The notes under the pieces: model-generated
What the model was told of the DNA's origin: nothing
What the model saw: only the letters and a program-made list of their open reading frames with translations
Databases searched by the model: none
In this document: positions 63,750 through 64,000 of the stretch, piece after piece
Numbering within the stretch: the first letter of the stretch is position 1
Layout: every line of letters starts with the position of its first letter
Source of the DNA: Heptranchias perlo
Lineage: Eukaryota
Reading direction: 5' to 3'
NCBI RefSeq assembly: GCF_035084215.1
Contig: NC_090361.1
Span: 3,286,001-3,350,000, forward strand
Length of the DNA stretch: 64,000 nucleotides
Program-made: the position numbers and the translations under genes

Positions 63750-64000
63750 GTAAGTGAGATTGTAGCCGGGAACGAGAACCGCACCGAGGAGGGGGGAGGT
63801 GGGAGGGGGTCCAGGCTGAGCTGGGGGGGGGAGAAAAAAAACTCATTATCCCTCATGTTTGTGCCTGTACTGTCAGTCTGACTGAAGTCCCATGAATGAG
63901 TTTCCTGCCGGGTTCAGTGGTTGTTTCTCACATTATAACAGTGAAGGGGAGGAAATCTCAGCTGCCTTTCAGCCTCCGAGGTTCATGCTTACAACCAGAC

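Overview
Eukaryotic (vertebrate) genomic DNA, most likely a cartilaginous fish (shark), judged from its repeats (Deu-domain tRNA-SINEs, CR1, L2, Penelope-derived inverted repeats). It holds the conserved four-gene block IER2(-) / STX10(+) / NACC1(-) / TRMT1(+), in the same order and orientation as human 19p13. I assembled exon structures by hand from splice sites and reading phase: IER2 is intronless (304 aa), STX10 has 8 coding exons (252 aa) with a U12-type AT-AC intron, NACC1 has 5 coding exons (494 aa), and TRMT1 has 14 coding exons in the window and runs off the right edge. The most notable observations are: (1) an inverted ~400-bp genomic duplicate of a NACC1 BEN-domain exon, with splice dinucleotides and frame intact, downstream of the STX10 stop codon; (2) a 77-bp near-perfect hairpin in a TRMT1 intron carrying a minimal hammerhead-ribozyme motif of Penelope type; (3) a 23-copy intronic minisatellite with a TTTGGCGC E2F-type site in every unit; (4) uORF and alternative-start architecture at the NACC1/TRMT1 bidirectional promoter; (5) an SRF/ETS/CRE/MEF2 immediate-early control region for IER2. 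No prokaryotic systems or CRISPR arrays are present. Repeat boundaries are approximate and were set by eye.
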